Source: Octopus bimaculoides (Eukaryota). From it: a stretch of 48,677 nt of DNA. Of this stretch, positions 25,547-36,790 are shown piece by piece. The notes beneath the pieces are model-generated. The model worked only from the letters and a program-made list of their open reading frames with translations, was not told the origin of the DNA and ran no database searches. Numbering within the stretch: the first letter of the stretch is position 1; every line of letters starts with the position of its first letter. The translations under genes and the position numbers were made by a program. The stretch spans positions 37,186,674-37,235,350 of the forward strand of contig NC_069002.1 of NCBI RefSeq assembly GCF_001194135.2, written 5' to 3'.

Positions 25547-25879
25547 CTGAAAGATAGAAAAATAATAATAGATATAGTTTATACACACACACACATAGGA
25601 ATGGCATCTAGTCATAGAAACTATGCCAAAACATTGGAGCTCAAAAACCTTCTGGCTTGTTGGAGCCTGTCAAACTGTCCAACAGATGGAAGCATGGAAG
25701 ATGGGTGTTAAAGAATGATGATGATATACATATAGTATAGTAATATGGTTCCAAGAAGGTAAGATCAACAAAAAAGGTACTCCATCTGGTGAGAGTATTA
25801 TTTAATAAACACAGTTTATATTTTTATAAGCTACTAGTAGTTTCATGCAAAGAAATCAATTCAAATAGCATTTTATAAC

Positions 25880-26445
25880 ATGATTTCTCATAAATCACAA
25901 GTACAAAAAACTATTTAACAGGTGCTCAATCAAATTATCATATAGCTGTTGTCCCAATATGAAGAGCATCATTACACACAAACATCACCAACAGCCCACT
26001 CCCAGTTGTAACTGCTGAGACCCAGGAACCTGTCCACTCAACTAGGGGTGCATGATTAAATCTGTAATACATGAGGCAGAAGTTACAGTAACAGTAGATG
26101 ATAACATAACAGAAAAGAAGAGCTACATTGGGTTATGTGAAGGCAACTTCAAAAATCGCTTCGCTAACCACATATCTTCCTTCCGACATAGACAAAAATA
26201 AAGCCACTAAGTTGGCTAGTCACATATGGGGTTTGAAGTTTAATGCCACACTACATACAATCAACTGGAACATAGTTGAAATATCCACATCATGTGTCAA
26301 AAGATCAAAAAAAATGTAAGCTATGCATAGCTAAAAGATCACAGATCCTTTTTTAAATCTAAGAACACTGCACTGCAGAATTTTAGATCTGAAATTTCCA
26401 GTGAATGCAAACATATGGGTAAGTTCCTGTTGGCAAATTGGAAAA
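25880..26445 (+). mobile_element. Penelope-like element fragment (thumb end, Cys linker and GIY-YIG endonuclease)
   Basis: KLFNRCSIKLSYSCCPNMKSII; CNC*DPGTCPLN*GCMIKSVIHEAEV; SYIGLCEGNFKNRFANHISSFRH; KLASHIWGLK..INWNIV; KCKLC; SEISSECKHMGKFLL. Confidence 0.8.
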
Positions 26446-26898
26446 TATCAACCAAATTGAGCAGCTGTATCGCCTTGCAGGCTCTAGGCCTCTATCTATT
26501 TAACCACATGACTTTATGGCCCAAGGGGACATAACTCTACCCCCCCATTTTTCTTTTCATATTTTTCAAACCTTCCACTTTTTGCATCTACTTTCTTCTC
26601 GTCTTTTCTCATACTTTCTCTTATTCTATCAACTTGTTTTAGCTTGTTATGCTATGTGGGCAGAGCCTGAGGACTGTATGCTGTCAGAGTTGTTTTCATT
26701 GCATAAAAATATGACTAGCTGATAAAAATATATATTGTATAACACACACATTCATATAAAAAGTGAAGGCTGGTGACAGAAAAAGACATCCTGTTTTAGA
26801 AGATTTGCCTCAACAAAGTCTGTCTGACCCATGCAAGCATGGAAAAAGTGAACATTAAAACAATGATGGTGACACAAAATTACATCCATGACATAAAC

Positions 26899-27193
26899 CA
26901 GTGGTTCTCAACCATTTTTCATCTCTGGACCCCTTTGATTACAATTTTATTCTGGTGGACTCCCACACAGTCATTCAATATTTAAAAAATAATTTTATAG
27001 ATACTTCTTTCCAAATTCCTATTTTGTTATTCATTCAGTCACTTGTATGGGTTGAACTGTGTAAAATGTTAGAGAGACAGAAACCTAGCTGTTTCTTGCA
27101 ACACATACATTTGAGTCAAAACTTTTCATGACCCCATAAAATACTATTGTGGACTCCCAAAAATCTCATATGGACTCTAGCTGAGAACCACTG
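26899..27193. mobile_element. hAT-type MITE
   Basis: TIRs CAGTGGTTCTCAAC / GCTGAGAACCACTG; 8-bp flanks ACATAAAC / ACATATCA are only partly alike (possible decayed TSD); 66 bp from the exon 11 donor. Confidence 0.7.
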
Positions 27194-27259
27194 ACATATC
27201 ACATCACAAGGAAATTAAAAAAATTTTTTAAATTATTAACTGAAGCTTGTTTTACTTAC

Positions 27260-27392
27260 AACATCTTTTAATTTCTTTTCCACTTCCTCTGGAGTAAGTT
27301 TCTTACTCAGAGATGTTTTCCTGAGCAACATATCACAGTAATTAGCAAGCAGTTCTGGACAGCGTGACTCGGGCTGTGTCTTCACATTCATT
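27260..27392 (-). CDS. CUL5: Cullin-5 coding exon 11
   Basis: gcag|(G)MNVKTQPESRCPELLANYCDMLLRKTSLSKKLTPEEVEKKLKDV|gtaagt; 133 nt; carries the cullin-homology PELLANYCDMLLRK motif. Confidence 0.97.
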
Positions 27393-27452
27393 CTGCAATG
27401 AGGAAAATATGGATGAGATTAAACCCACTCCTCACTCCTTTGCTCACATTCA

Positions 27453-27689
27453 NNNNNNNNNNNNNNNNNNNNNNNNNNNNNNNNNNNNNNNNNNNNNNNN
27501 NNNNNNNNNNNNNNNNNNNNNNNNNNNNNNNNNNNNNNNNNNNNNNNNNNNNNNNNNNNNNNNNNNNNNNNNNNNNNNNNNNNNNNNNNNNNNNNNNNNN
27601 NNNNNNNNNNNNNNNNNNNNNNNNNNNNNNNNNNNNNNNNNNNNNNNNNNNNNNNNNNNNNNNNNNNNNNNNNNNNNNNNNNNNNNNNN
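27453..27689. other. Assembly gap (237 N) in CUL5 intron 10
   Basis: N run. No CUL5 coding sequence is missing, because exons 10 and 11 join in frame. Confidence 1.
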
Positions 27690-28430
27690 CACACCAGCAG
27701 TAGAGCTGTCATCACATACACCAGTTTTAAAACTATCAAAAAACATATGTACACACACACATAACTAAACTGGCACTCCGTTGGTTATAATGTCAAGGGT
27801 TCCAGTTGATCTGATCAACAGAACAGCCTGCGTTGCCAGTACCGCCAGACTGGCCCTCGTGCCAGTGGCTTGTAAAAGCACCCACTACACTCTCGGAGTG
27901 GTTGGCGTTAGGAAGGGCATCCAACTATAGAAACTCTGCCAGATCAGATTGGAGCCTGGTGCAACCATCCGGTTCGCCAGTCCAGTCAAATCGTCCAGCC
28001 CATGCTAGCATGGAAAGCAGACGTTAAACGATGATGATGATGATGATGATGATGTAAAGAGGAACAAAATGCTTCTAAGCAAGGCAAAGTTGACCTCGGC
28101 AGAATTTGAACCCAGAACATAGCAACAGGCAAAATACCACTAAGCATTTTGTCCAGTGTGCTAATGATTCTGCCAGCTCGCCACCTTTTTAATAATAATA
28201 ATAAATAATATAGACAACTGGAGCCTGGTGCAGCTCTCCAGCTCTTGTCCATACCATCATGGAAAATAGATGTTAAATGATGATGACGATGATGATGACA
28301 TAAAGATTGAATTTCCAATTGAAATCTAGATCTTCACTTTGAGACTAGTTGTTTAGCTTACATACACAAAAAGACAATGAAAATTTTGAATTTATGAAGT
28401 AAAAAGAAGAAGAAAAAAAAGAAAACATAC

Positions 28431-28495
28431 CCCTTTGATTTACTTGGTAATTCTAGTTTAAACACAGATATATCATTAACAACACTTTTGTAGGC
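28431..28495 (-). CDS. CUL5: Cullin-5 coding exon 10
   Basis: tttttag|AYKSVVNDISVFKLELPSKSK(G)|gtatgt; 65 nt. Confidence 0.96.
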
Positions 28496-29172
28496 CTAAA
28501 AGAAAAAAAGAAAAAAAAAGGAACATTACTAAGAGAATATAATGGTTTCAAAGGAAAGCAACTTTAAGGGACCTCAGTATTCAACTGATACTTATTTCAT
28601 TGACCCAGGGAGGATGAAAAGCAAAGTCAACCTCAATAGAATTGGAACCCAGAATGTAAATGCCATTAAGCATTTTGTCTGACTTGCTAACAATCCTACC
28701 AGCTTGTCACATTTTTGCTAAGAATATAATAAAGGTTCTTCAAACAAACATTAGAAATTCAAAATAGGATTATAGTTTTTACCTCATATTTACAAATAAA
28801 ATACATTAAACATTTAGATCTACATTTGATCTCGATTGATACAGGCGCTTTATCCTAGGCCAACCAAAGCCTTGTGAATGGGTATGGTAGATATAAGCTG
28901 AAAGAAGCCTGTCATGTGTGTGTGTGTGTTTATTTTTGTGTTCTCCTCCCCCACTATTGCTACTTGACAACTAGTGTTGGTCTGTTTATCTTCCGATAAC
29001 ATTGCAGTGCTGCAAAAGAGACTGATAGAATTATAAAAACAAGTATTGTGGTAGATTTGTTTGACTAAAACCCTTCAAGAGGTGGTGCCAAGAATGGCAG
29101 CAGTCCAATGACTGAAACAAGTAAAAGATAAAAAGATAAACATAAACTGAAAATGGCAAATAGCAAACTTAC

Positions 29173-29280
29173 TTTGTCTCGAGAAGTAAGAAAACGGGGA
29201 TCATCTAGAAAGGCATCTTTGACTAATTTACTAAATCGGTTGAAAAGTTCCAAAAGTTGTTCAACATATTTCTCAGAATC
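29173..29280 (-). CDS. CUL5: Cullin-5 coding exon 9
   Basis: tag|DSEKYVEQLLELFNRFSKLVKDAFLDDPRFLTSRDK|gtaagt; 108 nt. Confidence 0.97.
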
Positions 29281-29663
29281 CTATAAAAAAAGAAAATGCA
29301 CATTGTTCAGAATACAAAATATAATAAATACATACAAAGACATACAATAAAATCATAAAATTTGTATATAATCCTTTGGCTGTGACCCTATGAGGTTTAT
29401 TTCCTCACAGCCCTTTTCTCCCACTTGCAGTCCACACATTTCTATCAATGTTGCAATATTTGGACCCCACAGGGGAAGAAGCTGTTTTCATCCTGTTGGT
29501 CAAAAGAGTCATCAACAACAGACATGACATCATCATCATCACTGCAATACTGGTTGCCAGCCAAGTGTTTTTTCATAAGGCCAACATTTTAACCAATAGA
29601 CCACACAGCAAAGTTGTTCAATACAGAAGTGAGAAACAGGAAACAAAACAGAAATGTACTCAC

Positions 29664-29794
29664 AGTGGTGATAGTTCTGGCAGCCGACATCATATCTGCT
29701 AAACCTTGGCTGACTATATGAGCTTCAAGATCATGTAACATTGGAGCAATTCCATCCACAACCCTATCCATAAGGCTGAACATCAAACGTAATT
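29664..29794 (-). CDS. CUL5: Cullin-5 coding exon 8
   Basis: tcag|(K)LRLMFSLMDRVVDGIAPMLHDLEAHIVSQGLADMMSAARTITT|gtgagt; 131 nt. Confidence 0.97.
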
Positions 29795-29994
29795 CTGAAA
29801 AACAAAATGGAAAAAAAAAAGAACTTTAAATGTATTTATGTTCAGCATTAAGAGACAGAAAGAAAATTTGGACATTTGTATAAAATGGAAAGATGGATGG
29901 TGATGATTTATTCAACTAAAACCCTTCAAGGCAGTGCTCCAGTATGGCCGCAGTCCAACGACTGAAACAAGTAAAAGAGAAAAGATAAATAGTT

Positions 29995-30160
29995 CAGATG
30001 TGGGCATGCGGTAAGAAGTTTGCTTCCTAATCACATGGTTCTGAGTTCAGTCCCACTGCATGGCACCTTGAGCAAGTGTCTTTTTCTGCTATAGCCTCAG
30101 GTTGACTAAAAGCCTTGTGGGTGGATTTTCTCTAGAGGGAAACTAAAAGAAGCCCATCAT
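29995..30160 (+). mobile_element. tRNA-derived SINE family A (representative plus copy)
   Basis: GGTAAGAAGTTTGCTTCC..GGTTCTGAGTTCAGTCCCAC..GGCACCTTGAGCAAGTGTC..GGAAACTAAAAGAAGCCC, ending in (AT)n. Other plus copies at about 12420-12500, 13350-13770 and 28850-29145. Confidence 0.75.
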
Positions 30161-30171
30161 ATATATCTATA

Positions 30172-30265
<94 letters not shown>

Positions 30266-30716
30266 TATGTGCATGTATGTTTGCTTGTATGTGTATGCCT
30301 GTATGTGTGTATGTATACGTCTCTCCCTGTCTTCACATTCCAGGGTAGTTGTAAACGAGTGTCACTGTCATACAAGCAGTGTCATTCATTTCTGATATTT
30401 TGTGAAAACATGTCTGGCCATGGGGAAGTATTACCTTGCTTGGGAAACAGGCGAGGTTTGGTGACAAGAAAGGCATCTGGTCGTAGAGTATCTGCCTCAA
30501 TAAACTCCATCCAACCAAAGCAATCATGGAAAAATGGAAGTTGTTGTTGATGATGATGATGATGATAATGATGATGATGATGATAGAATGATAGGAAGGT
30601 GAGGTGCATGAAATATAAATACAAATGCAATATACTGTAATGTGGTTAAAGTATAACATGAACAGGTTAGCAATGGTCTTTGGATGATGATGTTAGAAGG
30701 AAAAAGCAAAACTTAC

Positions 30717-30810
30717 TCTCCGTTTCGTTTGCTTTGATCATGCCAGCACACTCATTCAGAATGGTGTCCTTAAATGCTGTTACCAATACCTCAACACAGC
30801 AGTCAATTAA
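30717..30810 (-). CDS. CUL5: Cullin-5 coding exon 7
   Basis: cccag|LIDCCVEVLVTAFKDTILNECAGMIKANETE(K)|gtaagt; 94 nt. Confidence 0.97.
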
Positions 30811-30904
30811 CTGGGAAATGAAAAACAAAAAGAGTCATGAGAATAAACCGGCAGCTGTATTTGTAAAAGTGTGTGTATATATATTTTAATACTTTTGTAT
30901 ATGT

Positions 30905-31092
30905 GTCCAGTGGGTATTCCTATAAGAAACACGAGACAATGAAAGCTCAATTCCTTTGGAAACAATTCAAACTTTGTACAAGTCCATACCTCGTAGAATT
31001 CAAGCTGTAATTACTGCCAAACACGATCCTACCCGATATTAAATTTGTTTGAAATTTTAAGGTGTTTCCATTATTTTGTCCAACTCCTGTAT
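30905..31092 (+). mobile_element. Tc1 3'-end remnant
   Basis: LYKSIPRRIQAVITAKHDPTRY* followed by the terminus TTTTGTCCAACTCCTG-TA. Confidence 0.7.
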
Positions 31093-31164
31093 TACCTTGC
31101 ATGGAAACTGATGGGGGTTGGGAACAGGAAATAAATTACAGAATGTAGGTAGCTATGTACTCAC

Positions 31165-31391
31165 TGCTGACACTGACGGACAACACCAGCCAGTTTCTAG
31201 ATAACGCTTGGCTCGGCATTCTTCTTCTTTTAGCTTGGCATCAGCAAATCTCATGTAATTCTGTACTCCATTGGCCTGCAAGTACTGGGGCGCTTTCACT
31301 CGGTAAAATGATTCAGTGGCTTCCAAATAAGCCTTCTCAAAATTTTCGTGATATATTTTCAATTTGTCTTCAGCATCAGAACAAAGGTTCA
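31165..31391 (-). CDS. CUL5: Cullin-5 coding exon 6
   Basis: cag|(V)NLCSDAEDKLKIYHENFEKAYLEATESFYRVKAPQYLQANGVQNYMRFADAKLKEEECRAKRYLETGWCCPSVSA|gtgagt; 227 nt. Confidence 0.97.
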
Positions 31392-31743
31392 CTGAAGCAA
31401 AGAAGAATAGAAAGGAAAACTTAATTTGTGCTAATCAGGTAAAAACATAGAAGCAAAAGATTGAAGGCAATTATAGGGATGATGGTAATGGTGATGCTGG
31501 TAATAGATGCTATGACAAAAAAAATGTGGGTTTGCAATGGCTATGTCTCTAGAACGAACCGTTTTGATACCAACACATTGCCGTTTCTAGCAGGTTGAGC
31601 CCAGACATGGTTATTTATGTCTGTCTCCTGTATTAAACATTTAAAAAATTTTTGCTGAGTTGTTTTACCAAACATTTATCAAATAAACCAAACATTCGTA
31701 TTTGGGAAGTATTCCACGAAATTTGAAAAGAGAAATTACTCAC

Positions 31744-31885
31744 CATAGGACTCACGGACTCCAATAACGAGCTGAGAATTGAAGGCTTCTCCATTACGTT
31801 CTGAGTGAACCAGCTTCATGGCACTGTCTTGCAAGCGATGCTTGATGTTGTTGAATATACTTTGATTCCAGGTATCCAGCATCAT
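31744..31885 (-). CDS. CUL5: Cullin-5 coding exon 5
   Basis: tag|MMLDTWNQSIFNNIKHRLQDSAMKLVHSERNGEAFNSQLVIGVRESY(V)|gtgagt; 142 nt. Confidence 0.97.
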
Positions 31886-32804
31886 CTAGAACCAAATAAA
31901 AACAATATTGCTTATGAAATCTTAAAATCTTTGTCAGCAGATACAATAAAGCAATATTGAAGTTTTCTCACTTTATGATGCTCACAATGACCGCTACAAC
32001 AAACGAGCTTAAGGAATTTAAACTGCCCACAGAAAGTGAAGTACACACACATTAATGTATTAATGTGCAAGAAATAAAAAGATGAAAGAGTGATAGTTGT
32101 AATAAAGCCGGAGTGTTGGTGTGAGGTACAGAAATGTTAGCTTAAGATACTGAAAGCTCTTTGTCTTTCGCCTTCGGTTTTCTTTAATCTTTCTCTCTCT
32201 TCACTCTTCTGCTTCTCGCTTTCTCTCTGTGTGCCTCACTCCAATTCTTTCACTCACACACACACACACACCCTCTCACTTGTATCTCTTAGATCATGAT
32301 ATACTGAAAGCATATAGCTGAACACTACAGTTATTAAAATTCATCACTGATAAATCAAGCAATTTCTAATGCCTAGTTACTTTCCAACCATGCTGTATGT
32401 ATGTATATATATATATATATATATATATACATACATGTGGGTATCTTTTGTGTCTGTGTTTGTACCCCACCACTGCTTGACAACCAATGTTTTGTTTTAC
32501 GGCTCCATAACTTAGCAGTTCAGCAAAAAGAGACAAATAGAATAAGTAGCAGGCTTCAAAAAAGAAAAATAGGTACTAGGGTAGATTACTTTGACTACAA
32601 GTTCTTCAAGATGGTGCCCACCACGGCCGCAGTCTAATGACTGAAACAGATAAAAGAAAAGATAAAAGACAAACCATATTTCCTGATATTAGTCATGGCA
32701 GCAAAGTTACACTTCCAGAGTTGGCAATCGTATGATGTGATGGATAACACTCCAGTTCTTCTGATATTCCATAAATATTGAGGAAGCAAGAAAGAGCTTC
32801 TTAC

Positions 32805-32987
32805 CTTACGAACAATACTTTCATCTGCTTGGGTTTTCTTTGGCATCGTATTGTGAGCTTTTCCAGCTAAAGAAGCTTCCAGCTGACAGAAAGGCTTTGG
32901 TAAATAACCACACTGAGTGAAGAACTTGCCCCACTCAGCAATGTATGTTTTGAGAAGAGCTGATTCCTCTTGATGTTGAAGAACCCT
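32805..32987 (-). CDS. CUL5: Cullin-5 coding exon 4
   Basis: ttccag|RVLQHQEESALLKTYIAEWGKFFTQCGYLPKPFCQLEASLAGKAHNTMPKKTQADESIVRK|gtaaga; 183 nt. Confidence 0.97.
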
Positions 32988-33699
32988 CTGGAAGAATAAA
33001 GAAACATTAAAACTGAAAAAAAATCAGAATTCTGCAAAAAAATAAAACTAATCCTTTCTTCATCATTAAAAAAAAAGAGTAAAGACCCCTTCAGTCAAAA
33101 GTGACCAGGGGACTGCACCTAGAAAGTTACCCTCCCAGACACAAATCCGGACAAAGTTGTTTATGGAACAACCCTTTGCACATGGTTTTTCCCAAACCTT
33201 CACATCGCTTGCCCTGCTATTTGACACTTTCATATCACACAAAATGACCAGCCGCTAAGTTAAGAAATTTCTACAGTTTTTAATCGCTCTTCATTCTTTC
33301 ATTCATTTAACATGTCGTTGAGTTAAAATAACTTCCGAATTGTATCCCTTTAAATACTTGCCATAATTCTCATGTGTTCTCAACAATAATTCTTTATCGT
33401 AATTCACCCCACCTCCACCTACAATAAAGTCTCTGTCTGCCTCACTATTGTCTTTTTGCTGCTGCTGTTTCGATTTTCTTGTGGCGAAGCTAGCCTTTGT
33501 TTGTTCATGATGCACCCACCCTTTCCTGCTCCCACCACCAATACTGGAAATCCCTTCTCCCATGTCAACAATCTCTTCTTTTATACCGAAAACTCCTACA
33601 GGGCTCTGCCTCACTCCGGCACCAGAAGCCCTGCATACCTCTGTTCCTCCCTCCCCACCAGACCACCTGCCTTCTTCTCTCACTTCCCCCTCTCTCTAT

Positions 33700-33964
33700 A
33701 TATATAATGGACTAACTAAATAGCTGCCCATTTACTTATTTCCATGACTTTCATCACCAGATCCAACAACTTGATACCTCTGTAATTATTCCTATCTAAA
33801 GCGTCACCTTTACCTTTGAAGCAGTTGACTATGGTACAGTTCCACCAGTCATTGGGTATGACTCCAGGTATCACTTGATTGACTAGACTATAGCCTACAC
33901 CATCAGATATTTTAAGCATCCCAGCAGTGATTCCTGATGGACCGGGGGCTTTCCCAGTCTTCAT
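33700..33964 (-). mobile_element. RTE-type LINE fragment, same family as 37.4-38.9 kb
   Basis: MKTGKAPGPSGITAGMLK..IPNDWWNCTIVNCFKGKGDALDRNNYRGIKLLDLVMKVME. Confidence 0.88.
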
Positions 33965-34450
33965 ACCCTTAGTAGACGCCTATTCAACATGGATCGAGGC
34001 ATTCATGTGTCCTAATCATTTGACTGAAGCGGTAAAACGCAAGCTGCTGGAGGTCTTTGCTCGTTTTGGAGTGCCCACAGCTTTAGTATTGGACAACGGG
34101 CCTGAAACTCTTGCCATCAATGGGTTGCAGAAAGATCGAGATGCCTGCTTACGGTCCAGCATTTAACAGCACTGCTGAAAGGGCCATACAAATTGTGAAA
34201 GCTGCACTGAAGCATTTTGATTCAAAGACAGGGAATTTCAGCAACTACTTGAACAAAATTCTGTTCAACCATCGGGAATGCCTCAGGTGGTTGTAAATTA
34301 TCTGCAGCCAAAAAGTTAATGAAAAGACCATTGAGGGTTGCTCTAAGCCCATTCTTTGAAATAAGTGAGAATGTGATACACAACCCCCCCCACCCAACGT
34401 TCGACAAGGTTGCATCCAAGGCAAAATATGTGATACATGCCGAAAAGATG
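33965..34450 (+). mobile_element. Ty3/Gypsy integrase core fragment
   Basis: LVDAYSTWIEA..LLEVFARFGVPTALVLDNGPE..P..AFNSTAERAIQIVKAALK..LFNHR: an integrase DDE pattern with frameshifts. Confidence 0.82.
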
Positions 34451-34832
34451 GACCCTCCTTAATCCATGGATTAAGGAAGGTCATCCACTGCAGTTAGTGG
34501 CAGTTGAGCAACTGGCCCTGCTGAACACACGGGAACCAGAACTAGAATTGAGCACAACACCTGGCACAATGGTTCATGCTGAGTCCAAAAACGTGTCTGG
34601 TACCACAGTCCAAGCACAAGCATAATAATGATACAATTATTTTACTAAATTCTTCATTATTTTCAAAATTAACTGAAATAAAGGCAGTGTATTTTATCAG
34701 AAATATAGTAACAAAAGAATTACATAAAATTTCAAAAGAATAAATAAAACAGATTATAATTATAGGAATTGATAAAAATGAAAGAAAACAAGTTGGACAT
34801 TGAAAGTATAGCAAGAATCTGTTGTGGCTTAC

Positions 34833-34932
34833 AATTTGAGCTTGTCGTATAAATTCCAATATGTCATCTTGGAGTGCCTGGTACACCTTCTGGGGACCTT
34901 TTTCATCCCATAAACACACGGAGTGTACAGCC
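34833..34932 (-). CDS. CUL5: Cullin-5 coding exon 3
   Basis: ag|(W)AVHSVCLWDEKGPQKVYQALQDDILEFIRQAQI|gtaagc; 100 nt. Confidence 0.97.
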
Positions 34933-35019
34933 CTAGATTTGAAAATGAAAATGAAAATAAAACAGTATTATCTTTTACTTGTTTCAATCATGCTGGGATC
35001 CTGCCTTAACAAAGCTTTG

Positions 35020-35770
35020 AACTAACTCAAGCATCCCCTCCAACTGAACATGCTTTGGCTTTTATCAGACAAGAAAAATTTCTGCCAGGACCAGATGGTG
35101 AACACACAGAACAGCTGTTGGCTGGCCATGCTCACAAAACATGCACCGAGAGTGATAAAAAACAAACATCCAGTCAACATCATGGTGTTTGTAGTGATCA
35201 CTAGTGATGGCAACGTTATGCTTATATTCATCTTCCCACACAGCCTCAAACTCAACACGGAGGCCTACATCAAGTGCCTGGAGGAGGTAGTGCTGCCCTG
35301 GGTCAAGAGGGTAGAAGCTGGAACATCCTATGCCAGGCAAAAGGACTCTGCACCATGTCATACAAGCAGAACCCAGTGATGGCTGTCAGACAATCTCTGC
35401 AACCACATCACCCCTATCATCTGACAACCTAACTCCCCACACTGCAGCCCCCTTGATTATTATGTTTGGGACGTAGTTGAGTGAGAGACCAACAAAATTC
35501 CTTGTAACACCAAAGATGAACTGAAGGCAAGGATTATGGCAGCATTCACCAACTTAAACAAGGAGACTGGCTGTCCAGAAGAGTTGTAGGAGTTTCTGAA
35601 GCCGTCTGGAGGCCATGATTGAAACCAATGCCGATTTTATTGAATAAATTTACTCTTTAGTATTTCAAGATAACCTTATGTAATTTTGGTAAATATATCT
35701 GTTAAAATGAGATGTCAGTGTTATTTTCATTTTTGTGTAATTTAAAAGACAATTTATTCACCGCACCCTG
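35020..35770 (+). mobile_element. Tc1/mariner-superfamily (maT/DD37D-like) transposon, 3' portion
   Basis: DKKNFCQDQMVNTQN..KHPVNIMVF..YIKCLEEVVLPWV..QKDSAPCHTS..PNSPHCSPLDYYVW; ends in TIR ..ATTCACCGCACCCTG followed by TA. Confidence 0.85.
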
Positions 35771-36011
35771 TATATATATATATATGCACACACACAGACA
35801 CATAATCACCAAAGGTCTCAGTTACTTGTCATTGCCTCCACATATACACACACAAGTATTTTTTAGTTTCTATCTACCAAATCCACTGGTCCTAGTTTCC
35901 AATCAGTGGGACAGAACCGATACCCACATGGTTGGAATGCAAGTTTCTCAACTTATGCCTGTAATTATGGGTATATTATAATAAATTGATGCAGAAAAAA
36001 ATAAAACTTAC

Positions 36012-36118
36012 CAAAACAATTCTTGCCATTCAAATTTTGTCACCCTTTCTTGGCGTAAAAGTTTCAGAACTGTTGGGCGCATAGTAGGCCATTTTTCTTC
36101 AAATTGCGATTGCCCTTG
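36012..36118 (-). CDS. CUL5: Cullin-5 coding exon 2
   Basis: ttccatttcag|QGQSQFEEKWPTMRPTVLKLLRQERVTKFEWQELF(W)|gtaagt; 107 nt. Confidence 0.96.
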
Positions 36119-36549
36119 CTGAAATGGAAATGTGGTTTATTACAAATACATCTATGTCATTAGATAACTGGAAATTAATCAACTTTTAGTGAAAGTTAAT
36201 TACTTTAAAAATATATGTGTAATTTTGCGTTTTAATATTTCACTTAAGCATTGCAAGACTAACAACCTGGTGTAGAACTGTTGTGGTGATAGAAATTAAC
36301 ACCCTTGTGTGGTTAAAAGGTGGACTCGTTGAACTCTTATAAAGAGTAACGTGTCTCGTTGAGATGGGAAGAAGGCATTGGTGTCTCACATGCTGGTAGT
36401 TGGAAGTTATGCCTGTGAATGCATTGCTTCACTCCTGCTTCGTTAAAATCATTTATCTGCAACTCAGGATATAAAAGCAGTGATGAGATATTCGAAGCTT
36501 GCGTTGGACAGTCAAATATTTTGGTACGAAACCAAAGAAAAAATATGTT

Positions 36550-36790
36550 AACATGGAGGATTTATTGGCCTGCATAGCAACTGCATCAGCAACAGTTGCT
36601 GGAATTAATGTTGAAGAAGTTTGAAAGTACTTCAGGGTTGTTCATGCCAGATGCCATAGCAAACTCAATTGGAGGATTTGTTTATAATCCAAAAGAAGGT
36701 ATTACTTTCCCTGCATATTTTCCAAGATATGAAGAAATCTTCAAAGAAGACTGTAGCAATTGGACTGACGAGAAAAAAGTGCAACATAAA
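36550..36790 (+). mobile_element. Gypsy-like gag N-terminal fragment (K02A2.6-like)
   Basis: IANSIGGFVYNPKEGITFPAYFPRYEEIFKEDCSNWTDEKKV resembles the F-x-Y-D-P-x-x-G-x-T-F-x-x-W-x-x-R-Y-E-D-x-F..D-x-x-K-V motif of these elements. Confidence 0.65.

Noticed and set aside
26014-26022. In-frame TGA in the Penelope linker as selenocysteine
   Set aside because: It aligns with the Arg after CNC and is explained by CGA>TGA deamination; the copy has other stops too.
33965-36790. Gypsy integrase and gag fragments as one LTR element
   Set aside because: They are in the wrong order on the plus strand (integrase before gag) and separated by CUL5 exons 2 and 3, so they must be independent insertions. No paired LTRs were found.
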